Source of the DNA: Hadesarchaea archaeon
GTDB lineage: Archaea; Hadarchaeota; Hadarchaeia; Hadarchaeales; Hadarchaeaceae
NCBI GenBank assembly: GCA_029259175.1
Contig: JAPDJH010000018.1
Coordinates: 12,104-76,103, forward strand
DNA length: 64,000 nt
Direction: 5' to 3'
Positions within the stretch are counted from its first letter, which is position 1; each line of letters starts with the position of its first letter. Made by a program: the position numbers and the translations under genes. Shown here one piece after another: positions 1 through 9,560 of this stretch. The notes below the pieces were generated by a model. The model was not told the origin of the DNA. It saw only the letters and a list, made by a program, of their open reading frames with translations, and did not search any database.

Positions 1-60
1 AAGCCAAGAAAACATGGGAAGTATCGAGCGGTTTACCGGAAGGCCCACCGGAGGGCCTAA

Positions 61-624
61 ATGGTCTCCGAGGAGATGCGAACTCGCATAAGCAAGTGCT
101 TGGCCTATCTTCTCCGTCACGACAAGAATCTTCCAAGAACAGAAGATGGATGGGTTCCAATCCCAGAGGTGCTAAAACTCCTGCAAAAGCGATGGCAGTG
201 GATCAACTCTGCACTCCTCCAAGAGATTGTTGAGAAAGACAAAAAGCAGAGATACGAGATCCGCAACAACATGATACGCGCCAGGTACGGGCACAGCGTC
301 CCTGTAAATTTACATCTTCCGGCTGCCGACGTGGACGTCCTCTATCATGGGACCACCCCCAATGCCGCTATGCAAATTCTAAAAGAAGGGCTCAAACCCA
401 TGGGGCGCACCATGGTGCATCTCTCTACCACTCCCAGCGATGCGATGGCGGTGGGGAAGCGAAGAACCAAAACTCCGACCGTACTCAAAATAGATGCCAA
501 AAAAGCGCAATCCATGGGAATATCGTTTTTCAAGGCGTCTGAAAGCGTTTATTTAGCTTCTTCTGTGCCTCCCGAGTGTATAAGCATATGGGGTGAAGGG
601 AATGAAAGCCTCGAAGGAGTGTAA
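61..624 (+). CDS. kptA: RNA 2'-phosphotransferase (KptA/Tpt1)
   Basis: SKxLAYLLRH, KQRY, IRARYGHS, LYHGT and VHLS motifs. Confidence 0.95.
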   Translation: MVSEEMRTRISKCLAYLLRHDKNLPRTEDGWVPIPEVLKLLQKRWQWINSALLQEIVEKDKKQRYEIRNNMIRARYGHSVPVNLHLPAADVDVLYHGTTPNAAMQILKEGLKPMGRTMVHLSTTPSDAMAVGKRRTKTPTVLKIDAKKAQSMGISFFKASESVYLASSVPPECISIWGEGNESLEGV

Positions 625-1434
625 GGAGTGTCTCTCGCAGTTAGCAGACCAAGTGGCAAAACTCTCGGCACAACAGATCTCGTTGCGCAGAAAAATTCGC
701 AGACATATGGAGAGGGCGCTTATCCGGATAACCAAACATACAGTGCCAACCGACATATCTAATGAGCTCCACCATATCGCCAAGGTACTATCATCAAATC
801 TCGATCCCTACAAAGAAATCAAACAAAAAGAGATGACGGTTGCAAAAGAGATTTACACTAAGCTGAAGATCGGAGACACTCTGCGGAGTCGAGTGGAGAT
901 CGCCGCTTTCGGCAATGCAATCGACTATTTTGTAGATCCAAATGAACTCCACCAAATATTTAACTCACCTGTCAAGTTCGCTAAGGACGACATAGAGGAG
1001 CTGGCTAGAAAGCTTCGAAAAACCAGGCGCATTCTCTATCTGCCCGACAACGCAGGAGAAGTCTTTTTCGATATCCCGTTGGTGGATTACCTGAGAGAAC
1101 GCGCTGACATTTTTTATGCTGTAAAAGCGGAGCCCATTCAGAACGATTTCTCCATAGAAGAGCTAGGATTTTTAGACGGCATCAAAATCCCGGCGACAAT
1201 CATAAAAGGACCTCCAACGGTTGGAGTTTATTTGAGTCAGGCCCCATAGAGTTCAGAATGGCCTTCGATGTTTCAGACCTGATAATCGCAAAGGGGATGG
1301 CAAACTACGAAACACTTTCAGAACTGGCCGGTGAAGACCGCGTCTTCTACATTCTGAGAGCAAAATGCAAACCGGTTGCCAAGTCGTTGGGGGTCAGAGT
1401 GGGCGACTACATAGCAACATTCTTAACTCGCTGA
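593..1434 (+). pseudogene. ARMT1/DUF89 damage-control phosphatase, frameshifted near 1245
   Basis: N-terminal CxxC, GNAIDY, DNAGE and PIQND in the first frame. The C-terminal part (DLIIAKGMANYETL...RAKCKPVA) continues in another frame to TGA 1432-1434. One C is missing in GCCCC at 1241-1245. Confidence 0.8.
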
Positions 1435-1605
1435 TTATTCGTAATCAAAACAACAGATACGGAACGTCAGTACTACAAGGAACTGGACCTTCCCACGCGC
1501 GTGGATCCAAAGAGCGCCAAGGCCTCCTACAAAAACGGAGTGCTAAAGGTCACCTTTGAAAAACTCCGCGAGAGCACCGAGGGCGAAAAAATCAATATCG
1601 GATAA
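1435..1605 (+). pseudogene. C-terminal fragment of a small heat-shock protein (Hsp20)
   Basis: Translates as ...QYYKELDLPTRVDPKSAKASYKNGVLKVTFEK...KINIG*, with the AxYxNGVL alpha-crystallin motif and an IxI tail. No N-terminal half and no start codon. Confidence 0.75.
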
Positions 1606-2464
1606 AAGATGATTTTTCGCCAATCAAAAATTTCAACATCTCGCGGCTTCGAAGATCGTTCCGCTTTTTCAGGTGAGTAACAAATTTCGCGTATCCGTGT
1701 TTATTCAAATCAAACATCAACTTTCGAAAAGTGACGCGAGCCAGAAACAGGCCATCTGCGGGCGCCGGGCGAAAAGAGCGTGGCGCATTTCCATCCAGCG
1801 CTAGACGCAGCCACTCTTCCCCCACTACTCCCCGGCCGAGTTCGAGCAGGGCTTCAACCATCCGCCTGACCTGTTGCCACAAAAAGAAAGGTGCAACAAA
1901 ATCAAACACCAAACCTTCATTCATATGACAGCTAGCAAAGGAGATGGTCGCAAAAGTAGATTTTCCTTTCTCGCGTTTACAAAAACATCTGAAATCATGG
2001 GGGCCTTCAAACATCTTCACGGCTTTTTTCACTAGCTGGAAATCGAGATCGGAAGGAGGCGCGCACACGTATCTGTAGTGTTTACTCAAGGCCTCTTTGC
2101 GCGGATTGAATCGTGACGGAACGAGGCTCCAGCCTAGAACCGCGATATCCGCGGGCAGAACCGCGTTCAACTCGTCCACGTCCGGTTCGTGCGTTATCGA
2201 AACCGCCACTACTTGACCAACAGCGCTCACACCTCGGTCTGTTCTTCCCGCTACCTGACATCTAGCGCTCTTGAAATCAGATACGAGCCCGGTCAACTGA
2301 AGGGCCTCAAGCAGCTGTCCCTCAATTGTGGGAGCGCCCGGTTGTCTGGCAAACCCAAAATAATTTGATCCGTCATAGGCCAGCAGCAAGCATGCCCGCA
2401 CACATCCCACCGCTTTATTTAAAATATGGCTCTCGGTAATATATCGCTCGGAGAAAGGATTCAA
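1592..2464 (-). CDS. truA: tRNA pseudouridine(38-40) synthase TruA (true start probably ~2410)
   Basis: AYDGSNYFGF, AGRTDRGVSA, HDFRCF and FLWQQVRRMV motifs. Confidence 0.93.
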   Translation of the reverse strand: MNPFSERYITESHILNKAVGCVRACLLLAYDGSNYFGFARQPGAPTIEGQLLEALQLTGLVSDFKSARCQVAGRTDRGVSAVGQVVAVSITHEPDVDELNAVLPADIAVLGWSLVPSRFNPRKEALSKHYRYVCAPPSDLDFQLVKKAVKMFEGPHDFRCFCKREKGKSTFATISFASCHMNEGLVFDFVAPFFLWQQVRRMVEALLELGRGVVGEEWLRLALDGNAPRSFRPAPADGLFLARVTFRKLMFDLNKHGYAKFVTHLKKRNDLRSREMLKFLIGEKSSFIRY

Positions 2465-3335
2465 CCATTTTCTGCGTAGATCCGCTCAACGCGTCACTCA
2501 AATCCACCAAATTATCATCGCGTAGCAGACAGGGTTTAAGTTTTCCATCCGGAGTTAGGCGTATTCTCCTACAATGGGCGCAAAACCTCGAGTTGTGCAT
2601 AGGACGCACGATTTCGATTTCCGCGCCATCAACAAAATATTTGGGACGGGCGTGCATGTCTTCTCTCACAATCACTCTGTCGGCTTTTTCTCTCAGCGCC
2701 TCTTCGATATCTCGCAGATCATGGTGGTAGCGTGCATAGTCCGCACCCGTCGGCAGAAAATCAACCAACTCGATCAGCTGAAGAATAGTTCCCGTTCCTC
2801 GAACGAAATCGATCATCCGATCTATCTCATTCTCATTCACTCCTCGCAACACCACCATGTTTATCTTTACGGGCCTTAGTCCCGATTCCACAGCAGCCTT
2901 TATTCCGCGTAAAACGGCATCAAGCATCGGTGCCCCGGTGATCTGTTTGTACTTGATCGGATCTAGAGTGTCCAAGCTGATGTTGATACGATTCAGACCA
3001 GCGTCGGCCAGCTGCGATGCTATGCCGGCTAACTTAGTGCCATTAGTAGTCATCGAAACATCGTCCATTCCAGAAGTCGCGGCAGCTTTTACTATGCCCA
3101 AAATGTCGTTGCGCAACAGCGGTTCGCCCCCAGTGATTTTCACTTTAGTTATTCCCAGCCCCTTCGCCACTTGGAGGATTCTTTCTATCTGCTCAACCGT
3201 TAGCTCCCGAGTTGCCGGGCTAGAGCCCTCTCTGTGACAGTAGAAACAGCGTAAGTTGCATCGTTCGGTAACGGATACCCTAATACCCGTCACAGGACGG
3301 CCGAATCGATCAACGAGCATCTTGGTGCACCTCAA
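2415..3335 (-). CDS. moaA: GTP 3',8-cyclase MoaA
   Basis: VDRFGR, CNLRCFYC, TGGEP and C-terminal CxxC..R.T.DG.LKPCL. Confidence 0.95.
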   Translation of the reverse strand: MRCTKMLVDRFGRPVTGIRVSVTERCNLRCFYCHREGSSPATRELTVEQIERILQVAKGLGITKVKITGGEPLLRNDILGIVKAAATSGMDDVSMTTNGTKLAGIASQLADAGLNRINISLDTLDPIKYKQITGAPMLDAVLRGIKAAVESGLRPVKINMVVLRGVNENEIDRMIDFVRGTGTILQLIELVDFLPTGADYARYHHDLRDIEEALREKADRVIVREDMHARPKYFVDGAEIEIVRPMHNSRFCAHCRRIRLTPDGKLKPCLLRDDNLVDLSDALSGSTQKMVESFLRAIYYREPYFK

Positions 3336-4086
3336 TCAAAACCCGTTTTCCTCGAGCCTCTCTCAGCGAAGAAACCAGCGCACTAACCATGTTAGCAATC
3401 AAGTCTTGCACGAAAGGATTGAGAGGAATTCTGATCCCGTCCACTATCAACACTGTCTTTTCTTTTTTCAGAACTACACAAGAATCCCATTTTCTCTCAC
3501 CTTTTGCTATGGCTTGGGCGAGTTCATCGCACTTTCTGAATCCGCACTTCCCGCAATCAAGCCCGGGTGGAGGTGGAAAGGCTCTCTCTTCTACTAGGTC
3601 CGCCAGCTCAGCCATCGAGTCAAATGAAAAACTTGGTAACCCCTCCAACTCCGCGCCAACACATCCAATAACGTATCTGTCCAACAACTCCTCCGCTTCC
3701 ATTTTGTTCTTCGCCACTACTACTTTCGCTATTCCTCTCACTTCTTTAAATCCCTCTAACACGAAGAAATCGAGATCTCGCAGCCGCTGCTTGATCTCCT
3801 CCCATTTCACTTTTTTGCGTTCTATGGCGCTGATTTCACCATCCGCAACGCATATTACCCGCTCAGCGCCTGCTCGCGCATGCCTCCACGTGTCTCTACC
3901 CTCCTGATCGATGGTAAATCCGGGAATGCCAACGTGCTTCACGGTTCCCACCGAATACCCGCGCTTAACTAGCTCTCGCACGAGGCCTTCAACCACCGCG
4001 GTTTTCCCCGAATCCTTGTACCCGATCACTGCGACGACCCGGCTAAAACCCAAACAGCTCCACCTCCACTTCTTCTCCTTCCTCAA
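3310..4086 (-). CDS. mobB: Molybdopterin-guanine dinucleotide biosynthesis protein MobB with Fe-S domain (start likely ~4053)
   Basis: GYKDSGKT, VKH, D..G.DT.RH..AGA, EGFK and DCGKCGFRKC motifs. Confidence 0.9.
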   Translation of the reverse strand: MRKEKKWRWSCLGFSRVVAVIGYKDSGKTAVVEGLVRELVKRGYSVGTVKHVGIPGFTIDQEGRDTWRHARAGAERVICVADGEISAIERKKVKWEEIKQRLRDLDFFVLEGFKEVRGIAKVVVAKNKMEAEELLDRYVIGCVGAELEGLPSFSFDSMAELADLVEERAFPPPPGLDCGKCGFRKCDELAQAIAKGERKWDSCVVLKKEKTVLIVDGIRIPLNPFVQDLIANMVSALVSSLREARGKRVLIEVHQDAR

Positions 4087-5272
4087 CTATCTCTTTGTTC
4101 ACCGGGATCACGAAGTATCCGTCCACCTTAGCGAGAGAAGCGATAGCCCCAGAATCCTTCGCCATGGGACGGGCATACACACCGTCACTTGTCGTTTTCA
4201 GCTGCACCGGTACCATTTCCCGCCGCCCACGAACTGAAAGATATTTTGTCGTCAAACGTGCCCTTACTTTGTTAGATTCTTTCCCGCGACCCGTCATTGT
4301 TCTGATGAGCGGAGCAACGAGTTCATTGAAAACCATGAGAGCGGACACCGGATAGCCCGGTAAGCCAATCACCAGTTTTCGTTTAAGCACTGCGATAAGG
4401 GTCGGTTTGCCGGGCTTTTGCGTGATCCCGTGCACTATCACTCCCGGCTTTCCCATCGAATTCAATATCTCTGGTACTAGATCTCCTTCTCCCGCCGATG
4501 TCCCTCCCGACAAAAGCACAATATCGTTCTCCTTTAAAGCGCGTTCAACGATCTTGCTGATTTCGTCCCGCTTGTCGGACACATGACCGTACAACCTTGG
4601 ATACCCGCCCAAATTTTTCACTGCAGCAAAAAGCGTGTAACTATTCACATCGAACACTTTTCCCTCTTTTAACCGCGTACCGGGTGTTTGGAGTTCATCA
4701 CCAGTGGAGATTATCCCCACGCGCGGCTCCGCGTAAACCACAACTGTAGAAACCCCGGCCGCGGCCAGAGCTCCGGTTTCTCTTGGACCGAAAACATGAT
4801 TTTTCTCGACAAGCACTTCACCCTGTCTAACGTCGGATCCCTTTTTTATCACATTCTCACCTGGCGATACTGATTTCAATATTTCTACTCCTCCCTCCAC
4901 TTCCCGTGTGTGTTCCACCATCACTATGGCGTTCGCTCCCGGTGGTAGGGGTGCTCCAGTGCCGATCCTGACGCATTCCCTCGGACCCACTTTTCTTCGA
5001 AACACCGCACCCGCCCTCGCCTCACCAATAATCCACAATTTCTTCGGAAAGCCTTCATCGGCTCCAAAAGTGTCCCTAGCTCTCACTGCATAGCCGTCGT
5101 ATTGTGCGCGGTCAAAAGGAGGAATATCGATCGGTGCGCTCACTTTCTGCGCAGCCACTCTCCCTAGGGCGTTCTCCAGCGAAACTCGTTGAAATTTCAC
5201 TTTCGGCGTCCAGTACTGAAAGATCCGGCGAACAGCCTCTTCTATCGGAACTAGTGCTAGAAACCTTGGCAT
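4043..5272 (-). CDS. moeA: Molybdopterin molybdotransferase MoeA
   Basis: PPFDRAxxDGYA, STGDEL, SGGTSAG, KPGKP and GLPGYP motifs. Confidence 0.95.
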   Translation of the reverse strand: MPRFLALVPIEEAVRRIFQYWTPKVKFQRVSLENALGRVAAQKVSAPIDIPPFDRAQYDGYAVRARDTFGADEGFPKKLWIIGEARAGAVFRRKVGPRECVRIGTGAPLPPGANAIVMVEHTREVEGGVEILKSVSPGENVIKKGSDVRQGEVLVEKNHVFGPRETGALAAAGVSTVVVYAEPRVGIISTGDELQTPGTRLKEGKVFDVNSYTLFAAVKNLGGYPRLYGHVSDKRDEISKIVERALKENDIVLLSGGTSAGEGDLVPEILNSMGKPGVIVHGITQKPGKPTLIAVLKRKLVIGLPGYPVSALMVFNELVAPLIRTMTGRGKESNKVRARLTTKYLSVRGRREMVPVQLKTTSDGVYARPMAKDSGAIASLAKVDGYFVIPVNKEIVEEGEEVEVELFGF

Positions 5273-5329
5273 CTAATTCTCTTAACAAACAAAGTATTTA
5301 ATTACAAAGAATATGTTAAGCGCTTAAGC

Positions 5330-7240
5330 TTAACGACTCGAAGGCAATTTGTTCAATCTCGCGAGTTCGTCGGCAACATCTGGTAGTGCAAGCTCTTCCA
5401 GTTTTTCTCTTGGGATCCACCCCGTATCCCAATCCCAGCCGCGGAGTTCGTAATACTCGCGCAACATCTGGTCGAGTTCCACCACCTGCCCTCTCGGAGG
5501 ACCGGACGGAGCCGGTTCCTTCGTCAATCGTTCCGGCAGAGTATCGTCCGCTCGTGTAATCCCCTCCCTGATATCAAACGCTCTTTCCAATGTGAAGATC
5601 CTCTCACCAATCAAACGAAGTTTGTTCTCCGTGTATTCGATTCCCGTTATGAGCGACAGCGCTTGTGCGTAATCCGCGAAGTAGAACACTGGAGGCCAAA
5701 CCGCTCCGAACTTACAGGTCACCAGCGAGTCCACAACTGCGCAGAAGTTCTCCCCATCTCGCACCATCAACGGTTTGTACTTCGGATTCAGCCGATCCGC
5801 TGCTTCCGGCATGACCTCCTTTCCAAACCGCTCTTCGATCCCCTTTACAAAGCCAACTTCGCTCAACACTTCAAAAGAGGTCAAGTGATCTGCCCCGCGA
5901 TTAGCCACAGCATGTGATAGGCCCATCGACTTCTGGGCCCTGCCGTCCTGCGCTGGCTCATCCATGCCCTTCACCACCATGGTGAAGGACTTGACCGAGT
6001 CCCCAAAGCGCTTTGCAAAACGAGCAGTTCCCTCGGCCAGCTGATCTCCAAATCCCTCCCGGCGCGCTATGAGTTCCACGCACCGGATTATAGCGTCGGC
6101 GTTGCCCCATGTGAGCTCTATCCCGCCCGTGTCTTCTTTTGACAGCAAACCGCGCTCATAGCATTCCATGGCAAAAGCTATCACGCCCCCGCAGGAAATC
6201 GTGTCTAAGCCGTAGATGTTGCAAAGCCTGTTTGCATAGAGCAAGGCCTCGAGATCGGAGTTTCCGCAACGACTGCCCAGAGACGACAGAGTTTCGTATT
6301 CTATTTTTCCCTCAATGTTCCAACGTTTTCCTTTTCCCACATAGGTCTCGCAGTGAAGAGGACAGTTATAGCAAGCTCGCTTTTTGACCATAAACTCGCT
6401 GATAATTCTTTCTCCCCCGATTCTCTCAGCATGCTCAAAAGTTCCACTCTGAAAATTGCGAGTTGGGAATCGTCCGATTTCATTCATGAGTTCTACCAAA
6501 ATTGTGGTTCCGTATTTCATCGTCGACGGTGAAAACTCGTGAGAGACCAGGCGTTTTCGAGCTTCTTTGGTCAGCTCTTCAAATTTTTCTTCGTTTGCAA
6601 TAGGCACTTTACGATCCCCTCGCACCGAGATGGCTTTCAGATTCTTAGAGCCCATCACCGCTCCTATGCCCGTGCGCGCAGCCGCTCGATAATCGTGCAT
6701 GATCGCTGCAAATCTTACAAGATTCTCTCCAGCAGGCCCGATCGAAACCACTTTTGTACCATCACCATGTTTCGCAATCAGTTCCTTCTCGGTGTCAACA
6801 GTGGTCATGCCCCACAGCTCGCTAGCCGGCAAAATTTGGGCATCGCCATTTTCGATGTGAATCCGGACCGGCTTGGACGCCTTCCCTTTTACAACCACCA
6901 CATCAAATCCAGCAAATTTCAGTGCCGCGCCCCAATGCCCTCCAGAATTGGCTTCTCCATATAAATCCGTCAGCGGAGATTTCGCCGCCACCTCGTATCT
7001 TCCCGACTGCGGCCAAGACGTGCCGTTGATCGGACCGGTGGCAAAAATCAAAACATTTTGTGGAGAAAAGGGATCGATCCCTGGGGGCACCATATCGAAC
7101 AACATGCGCGCGCATATCCCGTTTCCGCCTATGTACTCCACTGCAAGATCCGCCGGCAACTCTTCTATCACTACTTTCTCTTTATCCAAGTCCGCGCGCA
7201 GAATCTTTCCCATGTATCCGCCTTTCAGAGAACCCGGCAT
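5330..7240 (-). CDS. aor: Tungsten-dependent aldehyde ferredoxin oxidoreductase family protein
   Basis: KSPLT, IGPAGENLV, GAVMGSKNLKA, CxxCPxxC, EYET, GLDTIS and YYELRGW motifs. Confidence 0.92.
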   Translation of the reverse strand: MPGSLKGGYMGKILRADLDKEKVVIEELPADLAVEYIGGNGICARMLFDMVPPGIDPFSPQNVLIFATGPINGTSWPQSGRYEVAAKSPLTDLYGEANSGGHWGAALKFAGFDVVVVKGKASKPVRIHIENGDAQILPASELWGMTTVDTEKELIAKHGDGTKVVSIGPAGENLVRFAAIMHDYRAAARTGIGAVMGSKNLKAISVRGDRKVPIANEEKFEELTKEARKRLVSHEFSPSTMKYGTTILVELMNEIGRFPTRNFQSGTFEHAERIGGERIISEFMVKKRACYNCPLHCETYVGKGKRWNIEGKIEYETLSSLGSRCGNSDLEALLYANRLCNIYGLDTISCGGVIAFAMECYERGLLSKEDTGGIELTWGNADAIIRCVELIARREGFGDQLAEGTARFAKRFGDSVKSFTMVVKGMDEPAQDGRAQKSMGLSHAVANRGADHLTSFEVLSEVGFVKGIEERFGKEVMPEAADRLNPKYKPLMVRDGENFCAVVDSLVTCKFGAVWPPVFYFADYAQALSLITGIEYTENKLRLIGERIFTLERAFDIREGITRADDTLPERLTKEPAPSGPPRGQVVELDQMLREYYELRGWDWDTGWIPREKLEELALPDVADELARLNKLPSSR

Positions 7241-7275
7241 GCACAAGAAGGTTTTCAAACAAATCATATAAACTT

Positions 7276-7878
7276 TCAGCTCAGCATGCCGAAGAGAACG
7301 AGACACGAATTATAGAGATTGTGAGCCAAAACTGCTCCACCTAGCCCTGCTCGAAGATAACATACACCAAGCAGGAGCGAGGTCGGAAAGATCGCCAAAG
7401 CGAACGCGGGGTACGTGCCTGGATTGGATAGATGAAATATGGAAAAAAGCAGGGAGGAGAATAAAACCGCCCCCAGCCGACTCCTCTTCCAAGTGATGAA
7501 CTCGTCAATCAATATCCCTCGGAAAATCCATTCCTCAAAGATGGGGAGAATGTTCACTATGAGTAGGAGAACCCAGGGATAGCGCTCTTCCAAACCCACG
7601 AAAGGATATTCTTCAGGATTGACCACTGGCACGTTTGCCTCGATGAGAATCCAATTTACACAGAGGGCAAGAACGAGGGCGAACACCCCTGTCCAAAGTC
7701 CGATCGTCACTATCCGATATCGCTCCTTTTGGGTCAAGTGTCTCCACACCCTTCTCCAATACTTGGGGGATAGGCGATGGAAATGCCAAGGATTTTCGGC
7801 CGCAAGTCTTCCAACAACAATTCCCAGCAAAATCCCGGCAACTAGAACCCGAAGAATATTCCACAAAAAGAACACCAC
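7276..7878 (-). CDS. CPBP (CAAX/Abi) intramembrane metalloprotease
   Basis: EEWIFRG, FSIFH and HNLYN motifs in a multi-TM protein. Confidence 0.88.
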   Translation of the reverse strand: MVFFLWNILRVLVAGILLGIVVGRLAAENPWHFHRLSPKYWRRVWRHLTQKERYRIVTIGLWTGVFALVLALCVNWILIEANVPVVNPEEYPFVGLEERYPWVLLLIVNILPIFEEWIFRGILIDEFITWKRSRLGAVLFSSLLFSIFHLSNPGTYPAFALAIFPTSLLLGVCYLRAGLGGAVLAHNLYNSCLVLFGMLS

Positions 7879-7884
7879 GATGCT

Positions 7885-8217
7885 CTATTTCTTCGCCCGT
7901 TCTAGAGCTTGAAGGGTGGTTCTAATGGCCTCAATCAGTTGTAAAGTCTTTGTCGGGTCTTCTTCTTTTTCGAGTTTTTCGACAAGAGATTCCAATTTTG
8001 AGTGGAGTACCCGATCTACTCGGGATAACACGTCTTCCTTGGCCTTCTCCTTCAACTGCCGGTCTTGCTCCAGTTCGCCACAAAGAGGACAAACCACTTT
8101 TCCCTCAAATTCGAAAAGGGGACTCTTGCACTTCCCACAATGCACACCCAGCATTTTGCCTCCTGCCAACAGGGCCTCGGTTATCTTCTTGATTTTGTCT
8201 TCGTTTTCCGCCATCAA
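7885..8217 (-). CDS. UPF0148 / Sjogren autoantigen-1 family Zn-finger protein
   Basis: LLAGGKMLxxHCxxCxSPLF...CPxC, divergent from UPF0147 as is usual in archaea. Confidence 0.85.
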   Translation of the reverse strand: MMAENEDKIKKITEALLAGGKMLGVHCGKCKSPLFEFEGKVVCPLCGELEQDRQLKEKAKEDVLSRVDRVLHSKLESLVEKLEKEEDPTKTLQLIEAIRTTLQALERAKK

Positions 8218-8271
8218 AAATCCTTATGAAGAGCATTCCTAAAAGGTAGATAGGCTTGAGAAGGTGATGTT

Positions 8272-8532
8272 ATGGAAGCTGAACACGAGCAAAAAATCCG
8301 TCAGGTGTTGGATATCGTGACACGCATCAGCGAGGATACAACCGTACCGCGGAATATCCGGAGGAAAGCTCAGGAAGCCAAGAACTATTTGCTCGATCAA
8401 AACTCCGATCCAGCCGTCAGAGCAGCGTCGGCGCGCATGGCGTTAGAGGAAGTTAGCGAAGACCCCAACATGCCCGTGCATGCTAGGACTCAGCTGTGGG
8501 GGGCCTTAAGCATTCTCGAAACAATCAGGTGA
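8272..8532 (+). CDS. UPF0147 family protein
   Basis: DTTVPRNIR and DPNMPxHART motifs. Confidence 0.9.
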   Translation: MEAEHEQKIRQVLDIVTRISEDTTVPRNIRRKAQEAKNYLLDQNSDPAVRAASARMALEEVSEDPNMPVHARTQLWGALSILETIR

Positions 8533-8897
8533 GTAAGCTGACAACACGTCTAGCACCACAAATAACGGAGGACCTCACGAGCTTTGCAGAGTCTCTCAAA
8601 AAAAGAGACCTAAAAACGGCGCGGGCGTGGTTAGAGAACAAAAGACAGACTTTGCAAACACCCAACGACTTTGAAAAGGGATTTCTCTTGGCGCTCAACG
8701 GCATGATCGTCTCACTCGAAAGCAACCAGAGTTTTTCCCTCATGAAAAAGATTCTCGATGGTACTCCGCAGGAAGAGGTACAACAGATCTACAAAGATTT
8801 CAAAAAACGGGCAGAGCAGAGATTCCGACCCGCGTTGGAGCGCGGATTTGACACTGCATGGGCCATGGTTTTACAGCATTTCCTTCAAGCAGAATAG
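8529..8897 (+). CDS. Hypothetical protein
   Basis: GTG start overlaps the upstream stop; helical protein with two ExGF-like motifs. Confidence 0.6.
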   Translation: MSKLTTRLAPQITEDLTSFAESLKKRDLKTARAWLENKRQTLQTPNDFEKGFLLALNGMIVSLESNQSFSLMKKILDGTPQEEVQQIYKDFKKRAEQRFRPALERGFDTAWAMVLQHFLQAE

Positions 8898-9494
8898 TTA
8901 CTCGATCGTGGCGTGTTTTGCCCGCAAGTCCTCCTCCTTTTTGCCCAGCTTGACCATGAGGCTGGAAATAATCGCGTCTAAGAAAACCATTGAACTTATC
9001 TCGAATAGAGTTCCAAGAGGTGTTAGCGAAGCGTATTCACCATAGAGTTCCCTTCGGACGAATCCCTTGATGCTGGCAATCTTTGTTCTGCCCGGGAGAG
9101 TCACTACCAAATCCGCCAACTTCGCCAAGCTCGAACGCGGATAGGAGGTGATCGCTGCAACGCGCGCTCCCACTTTTTTCGCGATTTTTGCAGATTCCAC
9201 TATCAAATCGGTCTCACCCGATCCGGATAACGCGACGAGCAAATCACCGGGTCTGAGCGCTGGTGTAATTGTCTCACCGACCACATACACTTCAAAGTCC
9301 AAGTGCATCAAACGGGTCGCAAAAGCTTTTACAACCAAGCCAGAGCGTCCCGCACCAACCACAAATACTCGGCGTGTATTCAACAACGCTTGAATGAAAT
9401 TCTCAACCTCTTTTGATTTCAATTTCTTTGGAAGTGTTCGGAGGAAAGCGAGAATCTCATCCATCGCGCGCAGTGTTTCTTCCATCCCCACCAT
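8898..9494 (-). CDS. hxlB: 6-phospho-3-hexuloisomerase (SIS domain)
   Basis: GAGRSG, RLMHL, GETITP, SGSGET, PLGTLFE and terminal HATIE. Confidence 0.92.
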   Translation of the reverse strand: MVGMEETLRAMDEILAFLRTLPKKLKSKEVENFIQALLNTRRVFVVGAGRSGLVVKAFATRLMHLDFEVYVVGETITPALRPGDLLVALSGSGETDLIVESAKIAKKVGARVAAITSYPRSSLAKLADLVVTLPGRTKIASIKGFVRRELYGEYASLTPLGTLFEISSMVFLDAIISSLMVKLGKKEEDLRAKHATIE

Positions 9495-9560
9495 TTAGGA
9501 TTAAAAGTAGGGGTTTTAAAATATCCCCCTTGAGTTATCATTGTCTCCGGAGGCGCTGCA

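Noticed and set aside
1432-1434. UGA readthrough (selenocysteine) fusing ARMT1 to Hsp20
   Set aside because: The TGA lies at the normal DUF89 end, is not at a Cys-equivalent site, and no SECIS-like element was seen. The in-frame juxtaposition has a 1-in-3 chance.
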